A DNA stretch of 64,000 bases from Bugula neritina (lineage: Eukaryota; Animalia; Bryozoa), in the NCBI GenBank assembly GCA_964035545.1, contig OZ037765.1, positions 4,226,698 through 4,290,697 on the forward strand, written 5' to 3'. Below, piece by piece: positions 52,515-64,000 of the stretch. The notes beneath the pieces were generated by a model that worked only from the letters and a program-made list of their open reading frames with translations, made no database searches and was not told where the DNA came from. Position numbers and translations under genes: made by a program. Every line of letters begins with the position of its first letter. The first letter of the stretch is position 1.

Positions 52515-55500
52515 ATAATATAATATACTGTACATCTGAAATATTACGAACCTTGTCGTAGTAGTAAACCATATCCATGCTGGTTATTCCATGTCTATGG
52601 TAAAACCCTGTATGGTCACTCCCAGATCCCAAATCTCCAATTCTAAAAAAATTTCATTACAAAATAAAAATTCTTGGAATAAAATTGAAAACTATTTATT
52701 AAAAGATTCTCCAAAGTAATCATGTGAGCTGCAAATGAAGTTTTTATTTTTCATAGATATGTCCAGGTATAACACAATGCTTTGCCTTGCAAGAGATGGT
52801 ATGCATGGTGTAAATAGCAGCATAGATGTCATGCATTGTGTGTTCTGTTCAATCATTGATTTTGACAATTAGACAATATCTTTTTTGATACTCCCAGCCC
52901 AAAGTAAAGCTACCACCAAGGTTCAGCATGTAAGTTACTAACTTTAGCTAACATGTTTATTTTAATAACTCCAAAAAATAACCTTGGCTTAGCGTTGGGG
53001 TCACTGACGTTTGCACTGCGTATCAGCCACTCGTCATACATTGTCTTGACAGAGGAGGTGGGGAATGGGTGATCAATCTATAGAAATATCACAGCGAGTA
53101 ACATATGAGTTACTATTCACCTATAGTATAACTTCTTGCTACACATTACTCTGAGGTGATATATTGCTACATAATAACACCATTTCATTCATTGTTTTGT
53201 ATTCAAAACAATTGCTATAATGTCATAGATAAAAATCTACAGTTTTAGCACAATACTAAAGTTGCATTTATGGTGAAAAATCAAATTACATAAATATTTA
53301 GCTAAAAGCATACATTTTCTTGAGATGATACATTTACACAACAGTTTTATCGTCATAGCAACTAACCAGTTTTGCTGTGTCATACATGAGTCTAAAAAGA
53401 AGGGGGGAGGCCCCAGTGCGAGGTACTTGGTTGTAGACCACTCCGCTATCACAGTTCAGGTAGGCTACAGCTCTCTCCCCAACTAAAACTTTAACTTCCT
53501 ATAAGAACACAGACCAAACATCTTAAGTTGTAGTTGGATTAGCTAAATATCTACTCAGAAGATTTTAGTAATGAAATCTTCGTTTAATGAAATCTCTTAT
53601 TAGAATACAATCATTCTGCATAGTGTTAGTTACAGTTATTCTTTCTTCTGCTCTACTAGTAACTTGAAGCTATTGTCTATAATTCAATAAAATCAATGTG
53701 ACATGAACTACAACGGTATTAGTCATTAGTCCATTGCTACTAAAATTTACTATACTACTAATATATGAGTTTTACTGTAAATAAACAAAAGAGATGACAA
53801 CTTCACATCAATATGATTTCAACTTACTTCCGCGTAGCTATATAATGGGCGCTATAAAAAGAATGGAGTTAAATTAAATTTTGTACTTCTATTTAGCAGA
53901 GGTATAAATGCCTTTTTGGGAAGGAAAGCAGCTATAAAATAGTGATATCAATTATAGTATAGTAATTTACATACATCCAACCACTCAATGGATCCAATGA
54001 TACCATATTCCTCTCCATCCCAGCTGCAGAAAATAATAGTTCTTCTTGGTTTCCAACCTGTGAATAGGATACATAGGTGTAGCAAGTTTGTCTAAAACTG
54101 CATATTGGATATTATTCTATTTTTACTCAAAGTTAGTGTTTTAGAAATTTGTCAAAATCTCAAGCTATAAAACCTTGAAGAAATAAAACTGCTCAACATA
54201 ACAGTTTCAACGCTCTCTGCTCTGTGAGGAAATTTAGAGGGCAGCATAAACGTTTGAAAAATTATTTTATATTCAAGGACCTATACTCTATAGCGTCATA
54301 AATTCACTATCATGTACCATAACTATATTTAACATACTCTGATACTTTAAAAACTATTGTAACCTTTCAAAGTACCAATGGTAACTACAGAAGGTTAGTA
54401 TGTTAAGATCTATAGAGAAATAAGACAGTTACCGGTTTTCATGAGCTCGTAGAACACTCGGCTGGTTTCCATCATAATAGAAGTACCACTTACAGCATCC
54501 GTAGCGCCATTCATCCAGGCGTCTCTATGGTTACCCATCAACACATAACGATCTGTAATGTAAAGAGTGGCTCCTACATACTCAAAAACATTCTTTGAAA
54601 TTTCAATTTTTTGTATACAAAGAAGCTTTTCCAGCCTATTTATTTTGTGTTATTGCAAGATTTTGGCCTGCATTGGGTTTGGTAAGTAAAGTGTTGAGAA
54701 GTTACATGATGATGTATTTACAGTTGATTTTTTGTGTGACTCAGAAATTCTGTGAACAGATTTCCAGTTTTGCAATCTGTGCAAGTGGTTGAAGAGAGTT
54801 TTTAGTTATTCATAAATTGAACTTGGCTTTGTCACTTATAAAATATTCAGAACTATTGGTTTTATGGCACTACATTACATTAAGATTTGTTTTGTTGTGA
54901 TAAAAATAACAGGAAATTGCAATGGAAATTAGCAGTGTAATTGGGTGCTTTTGGAAAATTGCCAACACCAGAAAGATGAACTTAAATCTGAAACTCATTA
55001 TTTATAAATCCTTAAGTGCAAGTATCGTAAAATGCGGCTTCATAAAAATTTATTATTCACTTCACTTCAAATTACTTCATAGAAAATACATTTAGACTGC
55101 CTGCATGTTTGGGTAATACAGCCTCAACAAAATCGTGTATATCCCCATTTTCTACTGTGTTCTATACCTCATAGGTTTTAGAATATACTGAAAATCTTAC
55201 CAGGCTCTACACTGCCTCTAATTATTCCAAACACGTTGGTTATGTTGGTCTCTACGTCTTCATTGTTGTTTACAATCTTGAATTTCCTACAAGTATAGCA
55301 AGCCATGAGTTTCCTTTCGTTTATTGAGTTATGTTTGCACCCATATAAAACCACTAAATATCTTAAGTATAAATTATGCAATCTTAGATTATGGTGCTTT
55401 ATGTTTTAATTCTTGAAAAAATAACCTTTCCAGAACTATAAAAAATGAAAATGTATTTATATTTTGATTTTACAGCCCCTGCTTTTAACTTCTATGACAG

Positions 55501-58500
55501 AATCTAATATATATTTCATAGCTTGCTGTTTATGAATAACATAATTTAGAATCAGAAGTCTTAACTTTGGTGTTGAAATTCTCCAATAGCCTCTGTAGTA
55601 TAATGGCTTGCTGGCTTGCAAATTGGAAGACTGAAGTTCGTTTCCTAGTGGGGCAATTATTTTACAAGATATTTTCGGCATTTAGCGAAGCCCAAGAACT
55701 AAAGGAGTAGTGGGAAAATGTGGTGGAATTCTGGAGAATTGTGCAGAGTGCGGTGTTGAGATTCCCTAGTAGTGTCTGTAGTGTAATGACTAGCAAGTTA
55801 GAAGTCTGAGGTTCGATTCCTGTTAGTGGGGGAGGCAATTATTTAACGAATCTAAATAAGTTACAGTCATGTTACCAAGAAGCCCCATAACATGATTTAC
55901 ATTTGGTGCGAGATAACTGAGCTAGATGTCTTACTTTCCGTTGGGCAGAACTCCACCATATCTGTAAGTAATGTTACTCAGTTTCCCTTTCCACGCCTCG
56001 TGGACTTCATCCCCGCCCAGCTCATTCATGAACTTCATGACGTCCTCGTAGCCGACTGGCTGGGTAGGAATATTTGGTATGAGTTTGTCCTTCCTCACGG
56101 CCTCCACAGTCCTTCGGTTCACGTATTCTGTCAACAAAAATACAAACTCATGGAAAACTTATCCAGAAATATCTGGTGCATAGAATACAATTGTAAGACC
56201 AGGTCTGAACAGTCATTCACTAGCTTGTATTAATTTATAGTTGTGGTTTCATTCGATGCAACTGGTTCCTAACATCCATTAAAAACTCCACTCGAATATG
56301 AAGCAATAGAAAGTTAGTGGTTATAAACTATTAATTGGTAATATTATTTCTTTACTCTACTCAAGTTTAAATTAAATAGAGATATTGAAGCTTGATTCCA
56401 TTTCACAGAAGAACGTTTGAGGACCTGAACAATAAACTTGATAGCATAAAAAGGCAAAGGCGCTTGTTTAACTACTCTTGCCTTTCCATATATGGAAATA
56501 TAATTTTATAGTGCGTAAAACTTTCTATGAGTTGGACTGTAGGTTTCAATCTTTTTAATAACATAACAAATACTGGTAATGAAAACATTATTTATTATCG
56601 TATGCCTTGAGCTTACAGAAGCAGTATAAATATATCTGGGCAGCCACAATAACGGGCCACACTCTAGGCAATCATACAGCCTTATGATCTGTTATACCTT
56701 TAGAAGGGAATCCAGGAGTAAGGGGGTCACCGGAAAACTCCATCACTGAACCCCTTTCTACACCACTTGGCGGGAGATACCAAGAGTGGGGGAAGGTGTC
56801 GTTGTAAGTGGCGTTATGTAACTCAAGATTGACATTATCTTCTGGATCATTGTAGATTATCACACCCACAGCACCATTCTGCTCAGCTAGCGTTACCTAG
56901 TCATACACACAGTCACTAGAGTTACTAGCAAGTCATGAACAAATGTTAGACACATGCTTGCCCTTGCTTCTCAAACCAACATCGCGTAGATATCGTACAT
57001 GTATAGTTTCCACACTACATAGAGCAGAGATATACATTGTTTTGTATAATAGGGCTTTGGGAGTACCTCTTGAAAGCGAAATCTAAACTATGATAATGAA
57101 AGATATTCGAGGGATAAGCAACCATGGAGGTGAAGGTCATAGAAGCAGAAGGCAAGCAAACTCTAACATCTGTTCAACACTTGTGCCAAACAAATACCTT
57201 TGGCGGGAAAGCCCATGGTAAGGGGGTCTCCTTTTTCTAAAGAGGTGCCACCCCTTTCGACACCAGATGGGGGAAGAAACCAACTATTTGGAAATGTTTC
57301 ATTATATGTAGCATTTACACCATATACATTTTCCATGGGATCATTGTACAAAATAACACCCACGGCACCGTTATCTTCGGCAAATCGAACCTGCATCACA
57401 ACAAGTGACTAATCAGCAAAGAGCTGCTGAAACATAGCAGGTTTAAGTAACATGCTCTTCTACAATTATGTTATATTATAATACACATTCTGGAACATAA
57501 AAATGTTAGTAGTAGTCCTTTTTTATTTCAAAAGCATGTTAGAAGAGGGTTTGACACAAGATCAAGCAAGCAAAGGGTTAGTAGAAAGCAGCTGTACATT
57601 TTCAAAAGTAGAAGCAAACAATACTTTCACCACAAGTCAAATTATAAACATATTATGATGTGATACATGTGCACATTTTTATACAACAAATTTTTACCAT
57701 ATATTACAGAGAGAACTGTGTAATTTGCAATGGTTATTTTTAGATATAATATAATATAATATAATATAATATAATACAAGCAGCTAACATGCATTTTGAT
57801 AAATTTCAAGTACGTGTATATTTAACTTGGTTTATAACATATAGTGGATATTTCATGAGATTGTAATGTATGGAGCACTGTGCGGCCTTTTAAATACAAG
57901 TTCTGGCTGCAAACAAGGAGTTGTGCTCACCTTGTTTCCTCTGAATATTTGCCCATATCTGCAGATGACTATTGAGCCGCTGACATCCTTGTTGAGGGTG
58001 TCCTTCATGTAATCGAAGTCTTCAGCCCGACAGTAATTAACGTAATAGACTGTGTCTTTCTAAAAGATAGAGGTCGTTTAATTTTAAAACCTTCATTGCA
58101 TGCTGTGTATTTAATAAATGTTTAGCTGAAAGTTTTTTTTGATTAATAGCTAGCTGGTAGAAGATGGAGTGAAGCTGAAATCATATTCAATTCTTTAAAG
58201 TTTTATGTTCCTAAGTTTAAAGTCAAACATTGAAAAAACATTATTTTCTAGATCTCATCTGGTGTTTACATCAACTTGACTATTAAAGACATACTTCTTC
58301 AGTGGCTGCCTTAGCATAACCATTGAATGGGGGAACAACTTCTGATGGGTCAGCATTTGGTACGAGTTGTTTCTCCACTTTCTGACTGCTGTGCTCAACA
58401 TTCCCGGAACTATCCAGAATAAACGCCTGCAATGAAGGAATAAATTCACTTGATATTCAATTATTATACCGCCTAAACACCGGGGTTAGGGTCAATTACA

Positions 58501-61500
58501 TGTGAATGTAATTCACCCTAACCCTGCTAAACACAGAGACTAGATATAATATAAGCGTTACACAGTTTCAAAACTCTGTTTATATTCATGTTTATGTTTA
58601 TTTAATTTATTTAAGATCATGTTCACAATCTAGTCCAGTTGTAATTATCATTCAACCAAAGCAATATTTTACAGGCCTATACTTGTTAGCATCAGTTACA
58701 TGTATATAGTTTTTCGGCACAGAAAGTCAAAATGAGATTTAAGTGTTGATTGCTACACAGTTTAAAAGCTCCCTTTATGTTTATGTTTATTTAAAATCTT
58801 GTCCATAATCTATAGTCTAATTTTAATTATAATGCAACCAATAGAATATTATGTTTAAGCTTATATAAGATCATGTTCATTATCTATAGGAGTTATGCTA
58901 CCAAGACAACACTTGCATATGTCAACAGACGTACCTGATTCCTCTTGTCTTCACCTCCCGGATACGAGAGCAGAACTCTGTGTGTGTCTCTCCTCACCTC
59001 AAAGTTGTACTCCTCCCACTTGGCGGCCATCATTTCTCCCAACTCATTGTTTCTATCGCTTCCAGCCAGATGAGGCTTTCTGCTCCATTCTCTAGATATT
59101 ATAGATGTTATAGATGTTATAGATGTAGATGTTATAGTAGTAGATGGTTAGATGTAGATGTTATAGATGTAGATGTTATAGATGTAGATGTTGTAGATGT
59201 AGATGTTATAGAAGTAGATGTGTAGATGTAGATGTTATAAAAGTAGATGCTATAGATGTAGATGTTATAGATGTAGATGTTATAGATGTAGATGTTATAG
59301 AAGTAGATGTTGTAGATGTAGATGTTATAAAAGTAGATGCTATAGATGTAGATGCTATAGATGTAGATGTTGTAGAAGTAGATGCTATAGATGTAAATGT
59401 TGTAGAAGTAAATGTTATAGATGTAGATAAGTTGCAAAGGTTATTTATTATCATGTATAGTAGTAGCGACTTATTTGAAAATAGTTGAATTATATTCTCC
59501 AAGATACAATATCACACCTCATCAGCATATATAATATGAGGAACATGAGACTGCTGGAAACTGGCTATCCCAGAAACTGTTATCTTTGTCCCAGCTGCAA
59601 TTCACTTAACGATTTTTATAGCAGCTTTTTTAGCATTAATTCTATAGCTTTCTAGCAAATTGAACTTGAACTTAACAGGCAATAAATGATTATCACACGT
59701 TATATCTGTTAACATGTGAAGTTATGAGAGATGAGTTGATAAGATTTATAAGCTGATGGCTATTAACTGATGAAGTGCTGTCAATTTATGGGAACAGATT
59801 TCTACTGTACTTTGATATTTCAAAGCAATTGAGTCTATCTTTATTATAGAGTCAAGTGTTTATAACAGATAATTCAAACTAGAACAAGTGTCATTCTACA
59901 CATAGCATATCTCAATCGGAATAGGGATAGCAGGTGCTTTGAAAATTCCATCATTATCGTATTCATAACATTTATATTGATGTAAAAACTCAATTATGAA
60001 ATCATATCATATTTCACACTAAATATAAATGTATTTGTAAAGTTTTCACACTTCTTTTTATACATATGTGCAGAGTGTGTGCAGAGTTTGTGCAGAGTGT
60101 GTGTGCAGAGAGTGTGTGCAGAGAGTTTGTGCAGAGTGTGTGTGCAGAGTGTGTGTGCAGAGTGTGTGTGCAGAGTGTGTGTGCAGAGAGTTTGTGCAGA
60201 GTGTGTGTGCAGAGAGTGTGTGCAGTGTGTGTGCAGAGAGTGTGTGCAGAGAGTGTGTGCAGAGAGTGTGTGCAGAGAGTGTACTTGTAATAGTTTTGTG
60301 GTGAATCTGTTTGTAGTCTTTTTAACAATATATTACATCAGTAAAAGATGAGTATAACTTTCCTCAGTTCAGTAGTTCTTAGAAGGAATGCACCTTAAAT
60401 CTATGGGGAAGGGGAAAATACTCTTCAGAAAAGCTACAAGACCCTTTGCACTAAAATTCTAGGGAAATTTGGCTAGATAATTTAGCATGGGATTAAAACA
60501 GCTGTTTTGTCCTACTTACACCTATAAACATCTCCACTCGGCAAAGCAAGCTTTTTATCGTTTATCAAGGCTTGTTGAGGAACTTTTAAGCAGCTACCTT
60601 CTGGTCAGTTGCAAGTGGAAAATTTAAGATCTGGTTATTAATTTGCTAATTGAGCCCTGCACTCTAGCACTTTATCAAATGGTAGCTCTGTTATATCAGG
60701 TTATAAAATATGATGTAAAGGCAAATGGTTCATTTTTAAGTTCACCTCACAAGGTGGTGAGAAACACTACATAGAAATATACCTTTAGGTGGAATCTTAA
60801 ATTGAAAAATTGTAATGTTTCAAATATGCTTTTTAATAATAAACTTTTTATAAACTATAAAGCATTTTTGAAAATACACCAAAGTTTTTTCCATAAACAA
60901 GTAAATTTCAATTTCCATGCAATCATCAGATGATAGATATTTAATATAGTATTATTATCAGAAAACTGGGCAGCTGGCTTTATTGTTCTAATGTTAAAGA
61001 ACAACAAAGTATTTGGGTATGCATCTAATTAAGGGCCAGCGTGTTTACAACACAACACAATCTACAAAGATGTAGCTGGCTATCCACAAAATAAACTTTG
61101 CATTACATCAAAGTTGTTTTATAATCTCTACTTTTTCACCTTAACACTTTTTAGCAGAATCTACCGCGTGTTATTTAGCGCATGCATATGAACAGCTCTC
61201 GAAAGTTTTTTGTTAAATATGGCTAAGGACTTATTCACCTGTATCACAGGAGCATTTAGCCCATGTGTACGAAGGGAGCAGCTGTGGTCTTAAGGTTAGA
61301 GTGTTTACCTTGTAAGCACGAAGTCATGGGTTCGAACCCGACAAGGCCATTGGTGATGTTAGGAAAAACTTCCAGTCATGATTACTCCTGTGCCCCATTT
61401 GAATAAGAGCCCTATTCAACAAAGACCCTTTCCATCAGGGGTTTTTCACAGGGGTAAGAATTGGTGACTATAAACATACCCTCTGTTTAACCAATACTAC

Positions 61501-61763
61501 ATAATATATATATAAAATGTATTACTCTATGGTATATAACATCTATATAACTCAATTAAGACTATACGTAGTAATTACTTGGCAACTTTTCTTATCTCTT
61601 CTGCATCAGTGAAGCTAAACAGCTTCTTCCTGTTCTCCACGTCCCCAACTTTGTCACTTTTACTGGCGCTGCTACTTGGACCCGAGCTAGTAGGAGTTGT
61701 TTCCTCCTTTTTCAACTGACTTTTAGTGGCAAAATGGCCGATCAGCCCTCCCACTATGCAGCC
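50193..61763 (-). CDS. M28B membrane metallopeptidase, glutamate carboxypeptidase II / NAALAD2-like; first coding exon uncertain (candidate ~63514-63499 or outside the window)
   Basis: Exons encode a TM segment ([10 protein letters not shown], ~61763-61578), KPHLAG/VLLSYP (~59091-58935), [38 protein letters not shown] (two copies), [89 protein letters not shown]; stop at 50193-50195. All Zn ligands and the catalytic Glu are recognisable. Confidence 0.92.
52441..52520. repeat. (TA)n microsatellite
   Basis: Directly visible. Confidence 0.95.
59093..59428. repeat. Minisatellite of TAGATG / TAGATGTTA units
   Basis: Directly visible; abuts a 3' splice site of the peptidase gene. Confidence 0.95.
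60067..60282. repeat. Minisatellite of GTGTGCAGAG(AG) units
   Basis: Directly visible. Confidence 0.95.
61274..61476 (+). mobile_element. tRNA-derived SINE in a peptidase intron
   Basis: TGGTCTTAAGG A box, GGGTTCGAACCC B box; body GGCCATTGGTGATGTTAGGAA...CCCTTTCCATCAGGGG shared with the 22194 copy. Confidence 0.82.
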
Positions 61764-64000
61764 TGCAAAAACCAGTCAACAAATATTATAACCAAACCTG
61801 ACTGAAAGATTTTCACACTTCGGCATTCACGTCATTTACATTATCACAATCTTAGGCAAATCTGTGGCATGTTAAAAATTAAAGTAATATCAGCATAAAC
61901 AAATATGTTTACAATTCAGCTGAGCAGTTGAAACATTCTATAGAACATAGTCAAAAATAAAGCAAGTCACATGAAGTTGGGCTTTTTTAGTAGGCGGCTG
62001 TGTATTTGAATGTTTTAGTAAGTTTATCTTTTATCTAGTCATGAGTTAATATTGTTGGCACCAGATATAATTCCACAGATAGATATGAATGGATGTGTTT
62101 TAATTTGGAATGCATATCAATAGCATATTGATATAACAGTAGTATTGAACTGAATTAACGAGTGCATTGACCTGCTACAATTACTTTACAACATTCTTCA
62201 GTGTTGAAACCTTTCCCAAATATTCCAGAAAACTTTAAATTGTAGGCAGACAACTCCTGCCTGCGCAAATAGTACAGTCCGTTGGTAATAGTGACCGAAT
62301 TTCTATGCAGCATGGAATACTATTGCATCACTTGAGTAACAATTTACCTAAAGTATTAGACAGTATTGTTTAAATATAAAACAAAAATCTCTAGTTATGC
62401 AGTCTCTTGCATCTAAGAAGATGATCTTTGAGTTAGGTGCAAAGAACTACAAAACTCTACCTGCAATATATTAGTCAATAAATATAATAGTAAACTGCTT
62501 GGAAAGGTTACGATGCAGATTTACATAAATTATTTGTTCAAAGGTGGTAAAAGTTGCATATATTTTAGCTCTTTAGGCAAACTTTCGAGCTGCTAGCTGT
62601 GATTGTAGTAAGGTACTGTTGGCTTAGTACTTACAAGTATTGCATGATTTTTTGTCACATAGGCTTTATATTCAAAATGATTGATAATAACTGGGACTAC
62701 ATGCTCTACTATAAATTCTTATAATGTTGGAAGCTGAACAAGTATCAAGTGAATTGACTGAATTAACTTGATCTGCCTAAACTCTAGATGAAAAGCAAAT
62801 TATTATTGAAGAACAATAGAACTACAAACTCTTGGCCTAAAAATAATCATTTCTAAAATAATCTTAAAATTTTATAAAATTATTTATGCAATTAATTAAT
62901 TAATTAAATTAATTATGACACCATAACTTATATTCTTCGAAAAAGAATGAAATGTGATGATTTGGTGTTGAGAGATTTACAATTTTCTAAATTTTTATAT
63001 GTAACAAAGTTTTATATCCCTGGTTTGCTGCATTCAAAACACACATAGCATAGATGACTGTTTAGGTAAACATCCACTTGTGCCAAAATCAACAGGATGT
63101 TAACATGATATCAGTAGTACATAGAGGAATCTGTGGGGCATAGATTGTAAAAAATGTGTCAAGAAACGACATAAAAATGTTATTCTATTTGAAGACTCTG
63201 TTTACAAAGAAAAGAGAAACTGCCGCTTTCTCTGCATGCACACTTTTTCAAATATAATAAACTGAGAATTCTCCTTTTTGACCCAACATCAGCAAGTCTT
63301 GAGGTCTTCACTGGTTTAACGATTTAAAATGTACTCAATATCAGTACATCACTCATTTGTGGTTATAATTAGAATCGGCAGGGTTAACCAATACTTCAAA
63401 CAGACATAAATTTAATATAAAAAACAGCAACATGTAACTCTACATAACCAGCACCTGCAGTTGGTCTCTCTATAGTCACTATTGTGCAACTTACTCACCA
63501 AATGAAAATACCATTCAGTAAGCAAAAACAATTATTTTATCGTAGGATTCTGTACTACTTCAAAAGATTCCTTTCATTGTGTCACTTGTGCTAATTACTA
63601 GTTACATACTTTTTATCATAATTATTGAAAATATTATGTCTATATGAAATAGAAGTGTATGGAATATGACAATATCTTGTGTATTTAAACTATCACTAAC
63701 CTAGAAAGTCCCTGGATATATTAAACACCTAAAATTAGGAATAAAAAATTAGGCAGCATAGTAGTGTTGAATTAAATTTTATAAACTGGTTTATGTAGAT
63801 TTAAATTAAATTAAACTTGGTACTTGCAGTCAATAGTTAGTATGAGCTAATGTAATTAGTCTTAAGTTTCAAGGTCACTGGTGAAAGCATATAGTTGGAC
63901 AGGACAGTCACAGTTGTTGAAGCTACAAGTTAGAAGATAAAGATGATGATTTACCTAAAGTAGTGTTATAAAGTCGAAATGTTTAATGCCTTTTATAATA

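Noticed and set aside
55765-55835. tRNA or second SINE head (GGTTCGATTCC)
   Set aside because: Only a B box is convincing; there is no second copy or TSD in the window.
59132-60351. Cys/Arg-, Thr/Ser- and Cys/Val-rich ORFs (metallothionein- or mucin-like)
   Set aside because: Multi-frame translations of intronic minisatellites.
63499-63577. First coding exon of the peptidase (MVFSF|G)
   Set aside because: Phase and GTGAGT donor fit, but it gives an implausibly short N-terminus for a type II membrane protein; left unassigned.

Overview
AT-rich eukaryotic (invertebrate-animal-like) genomic DNA with GT-AG introns; the species cannot be determined from the sequence. In order: (1) 3' end of a receptor-type protein tyrosine phosphatase (end of D1 plus a degenerate D2 domain, +, 197-2975); (2) a tandem array of four 3-exon genes for ~490-aa TPR proteins (+, 3948-23107; copy 4 has a 2-nt frameshift), with a fifth inverted copy at 46002-48879; (3) DNAJC9 (+); (4) EXT2 (-); (5) ETHE1 persulfide dioxygenase (+); (6) an M28B peptidase of the FOLH1/NAALAD2 type (-). 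The TPR family is the best candidate for an undescribed system. Its size, tiny first coding exon, tandem clustering and N-terminal motifs resemble IFIT/TTC22 proteins, and the copies show hypervariable patches, mosaic tracts, a conserved CCAAT/TATA promoter, an inverted upstream segment and nearby kB-like sites; an innate-immune effector role is inferred, not shown. The peptidase has a duplicated, frame-incompatible (mutually exclusive) exon pair covering a substrate-pocket residue, plus a candidate 24-nt microexon. The window also holds tRNA-derived SINEs, a MITE with an 8-bp TSD, a tRNA-Glu relic and several splice-site-anchored tandem repeats. All exon models were assembled by eye and no database searches were run.
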